Source: a virus
Lineage: Duplodnaviria > Caudoviricetes
DNA length: 64,000 nucleotides
Virus record (IMG/VR): IMGVR_UViG_3300032295_004079
Coordinates: 48,984 to 112,983 of that record
Strand: one strand, 5' to 3'
A program made the translations under genes and the position numbers. Of the stretch, positions 28,846 to 39,350 are shown piece after piece; within the stretch, counting starts at the first letter, position 1, and every line of letters begins with the position of its first letter. A model generated the notes under the pieces. The model searched no databases and was not told the origin of the DNA. It worked only from the letters and a program-made list of their open reading frames with translations.

Positions 28846-29481
28846 ATGGATATTTTATTAACAGGAGGATCTAGGGGTATAGGAAAAAGTATTAAAGATT
28901 TATTTGAATCTCGTGGTCATAATGTATATTCCCCCACCAGAGAAGAATTAGATCTTTCTAAACCTATATCCCTACCCAAATGTGAGTTTGATATTGTTAT
29001 TAATAATGCTGGGGTAAATTTTCTAAAATCTATTTTAGATATAGATAATGATGAAATAATGAGGATTAATTATACCTCCCCATTAGAAATAATCCAGCAA
29101 TGTCTCCCTTATATGATTTCCAGAGAATATGGTAGAATAATTAACATAGGAAGTATTTGGATTGATTTAGCTAAACCTAAAAGGCTAGCATATAGTGCCA
29201 GTAAAAATGCTTTACATTCTTTAACTAAAGCCCTTACAGCCGAATATGCCCATAAAGGAATTCTTTCCAATACAATTTCACCAGGATTTATTTCTACCGA
29301 TTTAACTTACCAAAATAATAGTACAGAACAATTAACTGCTCTGCAACACAATATACCTGTAGGTAGATTGGGATTGCCTGAAGAGGTAGCAAAATTAGTA
29401 TATCAATTGACAGTTGATAATACTTACATTGCGGGGCAAAATATCAAAATAGATGGAGGATACTCATGCACAATTTATTAA
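28846..29481 (+). CDS. SDR oxidoreductase
   Basis: TGGSRGIG, NNAG, YSASK, IDGG. Confidence 0.92.
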   Translation: MDILLTGGSRGIGKSIKDLFESRGHNVYSPTREELDLSKPISLPKCEFDIVINNAGVNFLKSILDIDNDEIMRINYTSPLEIIQQCLPYMISREYGRIINIGSIWIDLAKPKRLAYSASKNALHSLTKALTAEYAHKGILSNTISPGFISTDLTYQNNSTEQLTALQHNIPVGRLGLPEEVAKLVYQLTVDNTYIAGQNIKIDGGYSCTIY

Positions 29482-30482
29482 ATATACCTTCTAAAGTTAA
29501 TAATTATACTTTAGGTTTTGTTGATTCTATTTCTGAGATTGAAGATCTTATAGATCAAAGCAATACTATAACTATTATAGATCACAATGTTAGTGAATTA
29601 TATCCTAATTTAAATCGTGATAATAATATAGTTTTAGTTTGCAATGAAAATTCTAAAACCTTAGAAGGAACTGCTTTATTAATATCTAATTTAATAAATC
29701 TAAAAGTTAATATTAAAACCAAACTAGTGGTTATAGGGGGAGGAATACTACAAGACTTAGTAGGATTTAGTGCTTCAATATACGCTCGTGGGATTGAATA
29801 TATTCTTGTTCCTACTACTTTACTTGCTCAAACTGATAGTTGTGTTGGTGGAAAAACATCAATTAATTTTGATTCTAGAAAAAACTTAATAGGTACCTTT
29901 TATCCCCCTACAAGTATAGTAATTTGTACTAAATTTTTAGATACTTTATCTCCTTTAGATTACATAAGCGGGTTGGGAGAAATATATAAATTTCACATTC
30001 TCCAAAATAAAACTCCTTATTTTTCTCCTAATTCTAATATAGAGTCTATGATTTTAGATAGTCTTAAATATAAAGTAGATATCTTATCAAGAGATGAATT
30101 TGATAAAGGAGAACGTAAGTTTTTAAATTTTGGTCATACTTTCGGCCATGCTTTAGAATCTACATCTAATCATGAAATACCTCACGGAATAGCGGTTATA
30201 TTAGGAAGTATGCTTGCAGTAAAGTTATCCAATAACTTAGGGTATAAAGTAGATAACTATGATTGTATCATTGAAAAAGGAATAGATTTAATACAAAAAA
30301 CTAATATTAACTTTGATTCTAAGTGGTTTGATTTTGATTCTTTAATGGAAATAGTAAAATCTGATAAAAAAAGTACAGGAAAATTAACAATGGTATTAAT
30401 AGATGATAAGCCTTTTTTGGAAAACGTTGAAGACGTTAGTATATTAAAGGAAACATTAAAACAAATTTATGAGAGTATCTGA
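29466..30482 (+). CDS. 3-dehydroquinate-synthase-family sugar phosphate cyclase
   Basis: GGG...D, PTTLLAQTDS.VGGKT, GE..K, LNFGHTFGHALE, HG.AV. Confidence 0.88.
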   Translation: MHNLLNIPSKVNNYTLGFVDSISEIEDLIDQSNTITIIDHNVSELYPNLNRDNNIVLVCNENSKTLEGTALLISNLINLKVNIKTKLVVIGGGILQDLVGFSASIYARGIEYILVPTTLLAQTDSCVGGKTSINFDSRKNLIGTFYPPTSIVICTKFLDTLSPLDYISGLGEIYKFHILQNKTPYFSPNSNIESMILDSLKYKVDILSRDEFDKGERKFLNFGHTFGHALESTSNHEIPHGIAVILGSMLAVKLSNNLGYKVDNYDCIIEKGIDLIQKTNINFDSKWFDFDSLMEIVKSDKKSTGKLTMVLIDDKPFLENVEDVSILKETLKQIYESI

Positions 30483-32199
30483 TTATGTAATCCAATTTCT
30501 TAGAGACAATTACGGAGTAGACACTATATTCACAGTTTCTGGAGGTGGGTGTATATTTTTAATTGATTCCTTAGGTAGTACTGAAGGAGTAAAATATGTA
30601 GCTACTCACCACGAGCAAGCTGCTTCTATTGCTGCTGAAGGTTATGCTAGAATGAATGATAAATTAGGAGCATGTATTGTTACCAGTGGGCCCGGTGGCA
30701 CAAATGCTATAACCGGAACTCTTTGTAGTTGGTTAGATTCTATACCTGTTATCACAATTAGTGGACAGGTAAATAAAGAAATGACTACTAATTACACTAA
30801 GTTACCTCTAAGACAGCTAGGAGACCAAGAATTTGATATCATTCAGTCTGTTAAAAACATGACTAAATACGCGATCCAGGTAAATGATCCTTTAGAAATT
30901 AGATATCATCTAGAAAAAGCATGCACTTTAGCTACTACAGGAAGACCAGGACCAGTTTGGATTGATATTCCACTAAATGTCCAATCTGTGGATATTGATC
31001 CCAATTCCCTAATAGGATGGGAAGAAACTATTGATATTCCATCTCCTTCACAATCTCAAATAAATTTGGTTTTAGAAAAATGGAAACAGGCTAAAAAACC
31101 TCTTATGATTGTGGGAAATGGAGTTAGATTAAGTAAGGGTATTAAAGAACTTTATTCTCTTTTATCTAAGACAAATATACCTGTTATATCTGCTGTAAAT
31201 GGAAATGATATTGTAAATAATGATTATGAATATTATTGCGGCAGATTTGGCACCCATGCACAAATAGGAGCTAATAATTTGTTAAGCGAGTGTGATTTTC
31301 TTCTTACAGTAGGCAGTAGACTGTATGTTCGACAAACTGGTTATAACTTTGAGGGGTTTGCAAAACAAGCTTATAAAATCCATATTGATGTAGACCAATC
31401 AGAACTAGATAAACCCACTCTTTTTACTGATTTGAAAATCCATTCAGATGCTAAATTGTTTCTGTCTAATTTATTAGGTTACTCACTACCATCTACTTCT
31501 CCTGAATGGTTGGAAGAATGTTCAAAATGGGCTTCTGCTCCTAAAGTATTGGACAGACATAGATCTAATAAAGATTATGTAAGTCACTATGCCTTCATAG
31601 AAACTTTATCTAAGGTAAAACCCAAAAATATGCATGTAATAACTAGTGATGGATCTGCTAATGTAGTTACAATGCAAGTAATGGATCTTGAAGGGGAACA
31701 AAGACTAATTACTAATACAGGATGTGCTCCTATGGGATATGGTCTACCAGCAGCTTTAGGTGCCTCTACTCACCACGAAGTAATTTGTATAGAAGGAGAT
31801 GGAAGTTTACACTTAAATGTTCATGAGTTACAAACTATGAAACATTATAATCTTCCTATCAAACTTATATTATTAAATAATGATGGATATACTTCTATTA
31901 AAATATCTCAAAAAACTTTCTTTAATGGTAAATTCGTAGCATCTGAAAAAAATAGTGGAGTATCATTTCCAAATTTTGAAAAATTAATAAAAGCTTATGA
32001 TTTACCATATTTTAGCATCAAAACTAATGGTAAAGCTGAAGATGTTTTGAATGAATTCTTTTCACTAGATGGACCCGCGGTTTGTGAAGTATTTACTGAT
32101 CCTAACGAGTACCATGAACCTAAAGTTGTAGCTTCTTTAGATAAAAATGGAAAATTCATTCCTGGAGAACTAAAAAATATTCAATGGCTAGAATCTTAA
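30469..32199 (+). CDS. ThDP-dependent acetolactate-synthase-like (YerE-like) enzyme
   Basis: HHEQAA, TSGPGGTN, LRQLGDQE, GRPGPVW, GDGS...NN. Confidence 0.88.
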   Translation: MRVSDYVIQFLRDNYGVDTIFTVSGGGCIFLIDSLGSTEGVKYVATHHEQAASIAAEGYARMNDKLGACIVTSGPGGTNAITGTLCSWLDSIPVITISGQVNKEMTTNYTKLPLRQLGDQEFDIIQSVKNMTKYAIQVNDPLEIRYHLEKACTLATTGRPGPVWIDIPLNVQSVDIDPNSLIGWEETIDIPSPSQSQINLVLEKWKQAKKPLMIVGNGVRLSKGIKELYSLLSKTNIPVISAVNGNDIVNNDYEYYCGRFGTHAQIGANNLLSECDFLLTVGSRLYVRQTGYNFEGFAKQAYKIHIDVDQSELDKPTLFTDLKIHSDAKLFLSNLLGYSLPSTSPEWLEECSKWASAPKVLDRHRSNKDYVSHYAFIETLSKVKPKNMHVITSDGSANVVTMQVMDLEGEQRLITNTGCAPMGYGLPAALGASTHHEVICIEGDGSLHLNVHELQTMKHYNLPIKLILLNNDGYTSIKISQKTFFNGKFVASEKNSGVSFPNFEKLIKAYDLPYFSIKTNGKAEDVLNEFFSLDGPAVCEVFTDPNEYHEPKVVASLDKNGKFIPGELKNIQWLES

Positions 32200-32951
32200 T
32201 TACAGGTGGGAATGGTTATATAGCTCAAGCTATTTATACTTCATTAAAAAACGAACATAATATAATTTTAATTACTAGAAAAGATTTTGATTTAACAGAT
32301 TCTGAGTTAACAAACCAATGGTTTAAGAATAAATACTTTGATGTTGTAATCCACACTGCAGTAGTAGGGGGAAATAGATTAAAACCTGAAGATAAAACTA
32401 TCACTGAATTTAATCTTAAAATGTGGAGTAATCTTTTAAATAACAGATCTCATTTCTCCCAGCTAATACACTTTGGATCAGGAGCTGAATTATACATGCA
32501 AGATACACCTTACGGTATGAGCAAACATATTATAGCTGAGAATATTAAAAAAGAATCTAATTTTGCAAACTTAAGGATATTTGCTGTTTTTGATGAAAAT
32601 GAATTAGAAAGAAGATTTATTATCTCTAACATTAGAAGATACATAAATAAAGAACCAATGGTAATCCATCAAGATAAATTTATGGACTTTATTTACATGG
32701 AAGATTTGGTTTCGTTAGTTAAGTTTAGTATCTTACACCCCTCAATAAATTTAATAGACTGTTGCTACCAAGAAAAATGCAAACTATCAGATATAGCAAA
32801 AATAATAAATAATTTATCTGATTATCAAGTTCCCATAGAAGTTTCTTCTAAAGGATTAGCTTCATCTTATACAGGTATTTATAGTGAATTGGGAGTAAAA
32901 TTTATAGGATTAGAAAAAGCAATTAAACAAATTTATGAAAAACTCAATTAG
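32184..32951 (+). CDS. NAD-dependent epimerase/reductase
   Basis: TGGNGYIA, DFDLTD, HTAVVGG, YGMSK. Confidence 0.85.
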   Translation: MARILITGGNGYIAQAIYTSLKNEHNIILITRKDFDLTDSELTNQWFKNKYFDVVIHTAVVGGNRLKPEDKTITEFNLKMWSNLLNNRSHFSQLIHFGSGAELYMQDTPYGMSKHIIAENIKKESNFANLRIFAVFDENELERRFIISNIRRYINKEPMVIHQDKFMDFIYMEDLVSLVKFSILHPSINLIDCCYQEKCKLSDIAKIINNLSDYQVPIEVSSKGLASSYTGIYSELGVKFIGLEKAIKQIYEKLN

Positions 32952-34263
32952 TTTCTGCATAGCCTCAGCTAAAAATGAAAAATATTATACTTTAGGAGTA
33001 TTAAAAAGTTTAGAAGAAAATACTAATTTTTCAGAACATGAAGCTATTATATTTATTGACTCTGACAATCAAGATACTTATGAAGCTCTTTTAGAATATA
33101 GAAAAAATAAACCAAACATTAAAATACATAGAAATACTACAGGTTTTCCTATTGGAAGTCAACGTAATGTTTCAATAATGTTTGCCCATGCATCTAAGGA
33201 AGTTGTAATTTATTTACAATCAGATATGGTTGTTTGTCCAGATTTTGATAAATATTTTTTAGAGGCTTTAGATAATAACAAAAATAGAATTATAAGTGCT
33301 GCTAGAATTGAACCTCCTCTTCACCCTGCATCTCCCGAAAAAATAGTAAAAGATTTTGGATTATCTCCTGAAGAATTTAAATATCAAGAATTTTACCAAT
33401 TTGCTAGAGATTTGCAAAAAGAGAATAGACCATTGATGGATGGACATTTTGCTCCTTTTGGGTGTTTCAAAGAAACTTATTTTAATGTAATTGGTGGATT
33501 TGATACCCAATTTCGTTGTTCTAGAGAAGATTCTGACTTTATTATTAGATTAAAATCTCTTAATTTAGAGACTTACCAAAGTTGGAATGCTTGTGTTTAC
33601 CATTATACTTGTGTATCATCTCGAGGAAATGATTGGTATAAACAAACTACCTCAGCTGAAATTAAAAATGAATGGCAATCAAAAGCAGATCAAGAGGAAT
33701 TAAAAAGATTTATCCGTAAGTGGGGATATTTTGGACATGACTATAGACCTAAGTATCAAACTACCTTAGTACTTGATATTAATACTGCCCCTAATTTAAA
33801 TTTTTTAATTCAAATTGAACCTTATTTTGATAAAATTGTTTTAAACGAAAAACCTGTTATTGATGTATTAATTTCATCCGTAAAATATGAAAGTTATTAT
33901 TTTGCTAATAAAAGATGGGGGTATACCCAAGAACATTGGGATAACATAAGACATAAATTTATGGGTCCTGATCTTAGGGAAAAATTTATTTATACTGATG
34001 ATTATTCTTTTGATGATCATATTGTAGTAAAAACGGACTTACATTCTTTACATAAAAATTCAAAATCTGAAGAAGTGCAGCAATTTATACAAAATTATAA
34101 TTTAATGTTTTATAATTTATTAACAACTTCTCCTGAAAATTATAAAGGTAAGTATCAAATAAATTGTTTTGAGGTTAAAATAAATGAATTAATTGATTCA
34201 AACCTAACTCATTTGAATACTCAACAATATCTTTTTGACACAAATGAATTTATTTTTAATTAA
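32935..34263 (+). CDS. Glycosyltransferase, GT2
   Basis: QSDM, GGFD..F, EDSD, VYH, FIRKWG. Confidence 0.82.
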   Translation: MKNSISFCIASAKNEKYYTLGVLKSLEENTNFSEHEAIIFIDSDNQDTYEALLEYRKNKPNIKIHRNTTGFPIGSQRNVSIMFAHASKEVVIYLQSDMVVCPDFDKYFLEALDNNKNRIISAARIEPPLHPASPEKIVKDFGLSPEEFKYQEFYQFARDLQKENRPLMDGHFAPFGCFKETYFNVIGGFDTQFRCSREDSDFIIRLKSLNLETYQSWNACVYHYTCVSSRGNDWYKQTTSAEIKNEWQSKADQEELKRFIRKWGYFGHDYRPKYQTTLVLDINTAPNLNFLIQIEPYFDKIVLNEKPVIDVLISSVKYESYYFANKRWGYTQEHWDNIRHKFMGPDLREKFIYTDDYSFDDHIVVKTDLHSLHKNSKSEEVQQFIQNYNLMFYNLLTTSPENYKGKYQINCFEVKINELIDSNLTHLNTQQYLFDTNEFIFN

Positions 34264-34326
34264 AACTCTTGGCTCCTCCAGTTTTATTTCTTATATTTAT
34301 AAAATAATTTACCAGAAGTAAAAAAT

Positions 34327-35205
34327 ATGAAAGCTTTAGTAACTGGGGGAGCAGGATTTATAGGAACAAATTTAATAAAAAAGTTATTAAATGAAGGATA
34401 TAGAGTAATTAGCATAGATAACTACAAATCAGGATTTGAATCTAATCATGTAAGTGGATGTCATTACTTTAATGGAGATATTAGGGACATTGAGGATTAT
34501 TCATTATTGGAACCAGATATTGTTTTTCATTTAGCGGCTATAGCTCGAATCCAACCTTCTTTTTTAGATCCTAAAGATTATTTTATTACCAATGTTAATG
34601 GTAGTTTAAATTTAATTCATTGGTGTGCCCAAAACAATATTCCATTGGTGTATGCTGGTTCTTCTTCAAAATATAGTGGAAGATTTAAGAACCCATACAC
34701 TTTCTCTAAAGATATAGGAGAAGATATTGTTACTCTTTACCAACAACATTATAATTTGAAAGCCTCTATTACTCGATTTTATAATGTTTATGGCCCACAC
34801 CAACTTGAAGAAGGGGGATATAGTACTGTTATTGGCATATGGTTAAAAGCTTTTAGAGAAGGGAAACCATTGTTAGTGACTGGGGATGGTGAGCAAAGAA
34901 GAGATTTTACCCATGTTTATGATATTGTAGAAGCTCTATATAAAATAGGAGACCAAAATGCTTGGGGGTATGAATTTGAATTAGGAAGAGGAGTTAATTA
35001 TTCCCTAAACGAATTAGTTAAACTAACAAATTCAATCCCTGAGTATATCTCTGCACGACCTGGAGAAGCAAGAGAAACACTAAATACTGACACACTTGCA
35101 AAAGAAATATTAGGATGGGAACCAAAAATAAACATCGAAAGTTATATTAAAAATGAATTTAACAATCAAAAAATCAAAAACAATGGAAATGATCCCTTGT
35201 TCTAA
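34327..35205 (+). CDS. NAD-dependent sugar epimerase/dehydratase
   Basis: TGGAGFIG, HLAA, PYTFSK, RFYNVYGP, GDGEQRRDF. Confidence 0.9.
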   Translation: MKALVTGGAGFIGTNLIKKLLNEGYRVISIDNYKSGFESNHVSGCHYFNGDIRDIEDYSLLEPDIVFHLAAIARIQPSFLDPKDYFITNVNGSLNLIHWCAQNNIPLVYAGSSSKYSGRFKNPYTFSKDIGEDIVTLYQQHYNLKASITRFYNVYGPHQLEEGGYSTVIGIWLKAFREGKPLLVTGDGEQRRDFTHVYDIVEALYKIGDQNAWGYEFELGRGVNYSLNELVKLTNSIPEYISARPGEARETLNTDTLAKEILGWEPKINIESYIKNEFNNQKIKNNGNDPLF

Positions 35206-35509
35206 ATGCGGCAACAACATGCCTGAACTTAGAAAAATTAAATTTGGGTATGATTTTTGTATCCAATGTTCAGACAAATACAATCTAATAGGTAAAAAAA
35301 GAGCAATTACTGTTCAAATGGGAGAAGGCGACCATACCTGGAATGAAACTATCATTATGAGCGAAAAAGATTTTCTAGAATATGAAAAGCAAGAAGAATT
35401 GGCTTTACAATTAGCAGGGAAAAGAAAAACTCATAAAGCAGAATTTCTTTCATTTGAGGAAGAAAATATTGTTCCTGAAAGATTAGTTGTTAATCCTAAA
35501 GAAGACTAA
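35183..35509 (+). CDS. Zn-finger hypothetical protein
   Basis: CSKC...CIQC. Confidence 0.6.
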   Translation: MEMIPCSKCGNNMPELRKIKFGYDFCIQCSDKYNLIGKKRAITVQMGEGDHTWNETIIMSEKDFLEYEKQEELALQLAGKRKTHKAEFLSFEEENIVPERLVVNPKED

Positions 35510-35511
35510 AA

Positions 35512-36147
35512 GTGCCTCAACCTAAACCACTAAGCAAAGCCATGATTGTGGCTGCGCATGCTAAAACCCAATCCAATTTAGCAGCTGCGCGTTATTTGCA
35601 TGTTTCATATCAACATTACCGAAAGTTTGCTAAAATATACACAGATGAAGCAACAGGTAAAAGTTTATTTGATTTACATAAAAATCAATGTGGTAAAGGC
35701 ATTCCTAAATTTTTAAAACAAAGCAAAAAAGAACCTGCGCTTCTAGATATTATAGAAGGAAGAGTAGCATCATCTCACTTCCAACCTGCCAAACTTAAGT
35801 ACAGAATGATAGAGCAGGGATATTTATCAGAGGAATGTGCCCAATGCAAATTTAAAGAACGTAGGGTTCTTGATTATAAAATACCTTTACTTTTACATTT
35901 TAAAGACGGAAATAATTCAAATTGGTCTTTAGAAAATGTAGAGTTACTTTGTTATAATCATTATTTCCTACTAGTTGGGGACATATTCAACGAAAAAGAT
36001 CTTAAATATATTGAATCACATCAAGAACAGTACGGAATTTCAGATGCTGTAAGTTGGGAAGTGGATGATTACCACCTCCAAAGATTAAAAGAATTAGGTT
36101 TACATAATGATGAAGATGATGTTAACCAGTATATTTCAAGAATATGA
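35512..36147 (+). CDS. HNH-like nuclease-domain protein
   Basis: CAQC...LHFKDGN..N...ENVELLCYNH. Confidence 0.65.
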   Translation: MPQPKPLSKAMIVAAHAKTQSNLAAARYLHVSYQHYRKFAKIYTDEATGKSLFDLHKNQCGKGIPKFLKQSKKEPALLDIIEGRVASSHFQPAKLKYRMIEQGYLSEECAQCKFKERRVLDYKIPLLLHFKDGNNSNWSLENVELLCYNHYFLLVGDIFNEKDLKYIESHQEQYGISDAVSWEVDDYHLQRLKELGLHNDEDDVNQYISRI

Positions 36148-36303
36148 ATTTAGATGATAAACATAAAAGAATAAAAGAAGACTATGGTAAAATAAAATCC
36201 TCCCACCTTGAAAGATTAGGAACAACAATGTTGAAAAACGAAGAAAAGTTCCGTAAATTAAAAGACAAAAAAATTAATAACAACTTTCTTAAACATTTTT
36301 GAT

Positions 36304-36642
36304 ATGAAATTTAAACATCATTTAGTTTACGATAATTCACATGAAATTGAATATATGTTGGAAGGAGGAGATTATAATTTATCACGTTTAGTAGTAGACA
36401 CCACTCTTGAAAATCTTACAACAAGAAAAAAAGTAATACCCATAGTTTCAATATACGCACAGGAAGAAGAAATGTTTTGGGATCTTACATTAGATAGAGA
36501 AGATATGGAAGAGACCTTAAGCAAAAATCTCAGCATAATGGAAAAATTTGAAGATTATGAGAGATGTCAGGAAATAGTTAATGGTATAAAGTTTATTCAA
36601 AGTAAAAAAAGTAATGGCAACAAAACAAAAAGTAAGCGTTAG
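36304..36642 (+). CDS. Hypothetical protein with UVR-like end
   Basis: EKFEDYERC. Confidence 0.6.
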   Translation: MKFKHHLVYDNSHEIEYMLEGGDYNLSRLVVDTTLENLTTRKKVIPIVSIYAQEEEMFWDLTLDREDMEETLSKNLSIMEKFEDYERCQEIVNGIKFIQSKKSNGNKTKSKR

Positions 36643-36757
36643 CTCGTTTGCACCCAAAAGAACAAAAGTTTCAAGACCTGGAGTGCATGCTAAAACTAAA
36701 AATTCTAGCACTAAGCACAACAAAAACTACGCTAAAGCTTATAGAGGACAAGGATAA
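36614..36757 (+). CDS. 47-aa highly basic protein ending KAYRGQG (absent from ORF track)
   Basis: Translated by hand; no Asp/Glu. Confidence 0.65.
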   Translation: MATKQKVSVSSFAPKRTKVSRPGVHAKTKNSSTKHNKNYAKAYRGQG

Positions 36758-36765
36758 ACATCTTT

Positions 36766-36861
36766 TTGTTTTCTTTACAATTTTTTAATAATCTTTTTGC
36801 AGAAAGCCTCTCGCGAAATGGTAGGCTTTCTGCTTTTTTGTTCGTAAATTTACACTGTTGA
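36766..36861 (+). repeat. Fixed-geometry cassette copy 1 (degenerate box A; terminator 36799-36840)
   Basis: TTGTT-N5-TACAA, GAAAGCC, CGTAAATTTACACTGTTGA at conserved offsets. Confidence 0.75.
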
Positions 36862-36883
36862 AAAATTAAGAAATATCAAAACT

Positions 36884-37165
36884 ATGAGAAATAAAAACCA
36901 ATCAATCTATAGAGCAATAGAAGAATTGCGTAAGATGAGTAATGCAGGATTAATAGACGGAGATGATTTCTTGCTTGTGTTCCTTAGACTAAAGAACCAA
37001 CTCCAACCAGAACAACCACTATCTTCTTCACTAACATTAGCAGATTTGGAATGCTACGATTTCCAATATTATGTAGGCCACATTGCTGATATGGATGGGG
37101 ATGGATGGGTTAATCAAGAAACAGCAGAATTAGTTTTGTTAGAATATAATGCAGGTGTAAGATGA
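36884..37165 (+). CDS. Hypothetical acidic protein
   Basis: First ORF after cassette 1. Confidence 0.6.
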   Translation: MRNKNQSIYRAIEELRKMSNAGLIDGDDFLLVFLRLKNQLQPEQPLSSSLTLADLECYDFQYYVGHIADMDGDGWVNQETAELVLLEYNAGVR

Positions 37166-37491
37166 TAAAATATAAACACACACATTCACATTTACCCCCA
37201 GTTCTATTTACTTCTATCTTTAATGGTAAAAAATATATTGTACCTGGATGGAAAGAAGTTCACCCTAATACTACACTAGAAAATATTGAATGGGTAAAAG
37301 AAAAAGTAGTAGTTAAAAAAACAGAAATTGAAACATTCGAGTTCCCATCCTCAAGTGGTAATGAAGTTTATATTGCTAAAAAATATACTAACCCCAATGG
37401 ATCTATTAAATTTAGCTGCAACTGCCCTGGTGTATGGCGCTCAGCTGATAGAAGATGTAAACATATAAAATCATTAGAAATAAATGGCTAG
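37162..37491 (+). CDS. SWIM zinc-finger protein
   Basis: SCNCP...RCKH. Confidence 0.75.
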   Translation: MIKYKHTHSHLPPVLFTSIFNGKKYIVPGWKEVHPNTTLENIEWVKEKVVVKKTEIETFEFPSSSGNEVYIAKKYTNPNGSIKFSCNCPGVWRSADRRCKHIKSLEING

Positions 37492-37717
37492 ATCAAGCGA
37501 AAGACTTAAAGCATCAGTTGGGGTAGTATTTACAACTTCTACTCAAGCAAACCCTAAATATAAAATTAAGGTATTCAAAAATAAAACAGTAGATGAGTTA
37601 CTGGATTGCAACTTTGAAACTCCTGGTATCCCTCTAAAAGCGGACATTAAAGAGATGGTAGTGGGAGATAATCTTATAAATATGTTAAAAACAAAGTATA
37701 AGATTAAAGCTGCTTAG
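37484..37717 (+). CDS. Hypothetical protein
   Basis: 77-aa ORF. Confidence 0.55.
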   Translation: MARSSERLKASVGVVFTTSTQANPKYKIKVFKNKTVDELLDCNFETPGIPLKADIKEMVVGDNLINMLKTKYKIKAA

Positions 37718-37824
37718 TATTTATTATAAAATGTTTGCTTCTACTCTCATCTCACTTTTATGTCTTATTGTGGTAATATCTATAATAAAAAAAAGACAAG
37801 AAAAACGAATTAATTGGTAATCCT

Positions 37825-38349
37825 ATGAGCAGCTATTCCACTTTATTAGTACCTATTTTAGAACAATTACTTGTAAAAGAAATTGGTGAGGCAAGTATTC
37901 CTCCTTTAAAATGGGAACAATTAACCCCCACTAGATTTAGATTTGAAATTTATATTGAAGATGAGTTTAATTATGTACAAGTAGAATTTGAAAGAGGGGG
38001 TGGTGCTGCAAAAGAATTTTTTCTTCCACCTGCTTATAGAAATATAAAATCTTTTTATAATGTAGGTTTTGATATTGATGGAACAGAGACCCAATATGCA
38101 AAAACTAAACTAAAAACTTTATTACAAATTATGTCTACAATGGTAGATATAGTGAAGTTTTTTATAAAAACCAGACAACCTGATGCCTTATCTTTTATGG
38201 CTACAGAAAAAAATAGGGATAGTAATAATATGCAAAAATCAAACTTATATCAGGCATTTATAAAAAAAGGAATAAGCTCTATACCAGGTTATACTAGTGA
38301 TACTTATAGAGATTCTTATCTTGTTGTAAAAAATTCAATATCCCGCTAA
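37825..38349 (+). CDS. Hypothetical protein; 3' end lies inside cassette 2
   Basis: 174-aa ORF. Confidence 0.65.
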   Translation: MSSYSTLLVPILEQLLVKEIGEASIPPLKWEQLTPTRFRFEIYIEDEFNYVQVEFERGGGAAKEFFLPPAYRNIKSFYNVGFDIDGTETQYAKTKLKTLLQIMSTMVDIVKFFIKTRQPDALSFMATEKNRDSNNMQKSNLYQAFIKKGISSIPGYTSDTYRDSYLVVKNSISR

Positions 38350-38419
38350 ACTTTTTGCAGAAAGCCTCTTGCTAAAAATTTGGCTACCCGAGAAACCGTT
38401 CGTAGATTTACATTGTTGA
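38324..38419 (+). repeat. Cassette copy 2
   Basis: TTGTA-N5-TTCAA, GAAAGCC, TTGG, CGTAGATTTACATTGTTGA. Confidence 0.85.
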
Positions 38420-38457
38420 TTTAAAACGGATACAAAAACAAAAAAAAAATAACGGTT

Positions 38458-39228
38458 ATGGAAAAGCAATTACTACACACCTGTCTTTACAAAGCAAAGC
38501 AGTCTTTCAAATTAGGAAACGAAGAATCAGCTCGTGATTTTTGCGACTTAGGAATCGCTTATATTGCTGATAAAAGATTAGACGGATATGGTCCTGAGGA
38601 TTTGATTGAAGGAATTAAAGTGGATTTGTGGTTGGAAAGATTTTGGATGTTTTTGGAAAATAAAAATTTGTTAATGTAATGGGAGAAAAGAGAGGTAATA
38701 CCGGAAAATTAGAAAACCCGTACAACGATAATGGTGTTCTAGAAGTATACCACGAAGAAATAGAACAGTGGATTAGAGTAACTTCTCGAGAATTTAGATC
38801 TTGGGGAGGAAAAAGAAGAATAACAGAGTACAGGTATCCCTATAGACAACCTACAGAGATAAGTATGTATGAATATACGGGTCCCGTATTTGAATATCTT
38901 ACAAATAAAATTATAAATAAACCAAGTAAAGGAGTAAACGGATCTCGTCCTAAATCTCAATCTACATACAGTGAAAGAATTTGATATTATGAAAGGTGAA
39001 ATTGAAGTAAGCAAAAGAAAAGCTGCATTTGCTGAACTAAAAGATTGGTGTATAATGTCTGTTACTTCTAAAGAAAAAAACAATACTGATTTTTTGGAGG
39101 TAACTGAATGGACAAATGGAGAAGGATATGATATTCACATCTCAGATAGTTCAGGAGAAAGAAAATTTGATTTAACCTGGGGTCAATTTAAAGCGCTTAA
39201 AGCATGTATAAAAAAAATAGATAAATAA
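38458..39228 (+). other. Three small hypothetical ORFs (38458-38679, 38679-38984, 38971-39228)
   Basis: Abutting ORFs downstream of cassette 2. Confidence 0.6.
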
Positions 39229-39350
39229 AATGGAAATCAGAACATTAGAATCAGACACACGAATGCGATTTTTCTTGGGGAATAATCCTCTGGGAGAAAT
39301 GGTAAAAATTGTATCAAAAGAGTGTAAAAGAATTGAAAAAAAGAAGGGTT

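Noticed and set aside
29466-32199. aroB / ilvB as amino-acid auxiliary metabolic genes
   Set aside because: They sit inside a nucleotide-sugar operon with no other pathway genes or small subunit, so no gene symbols were assigned.
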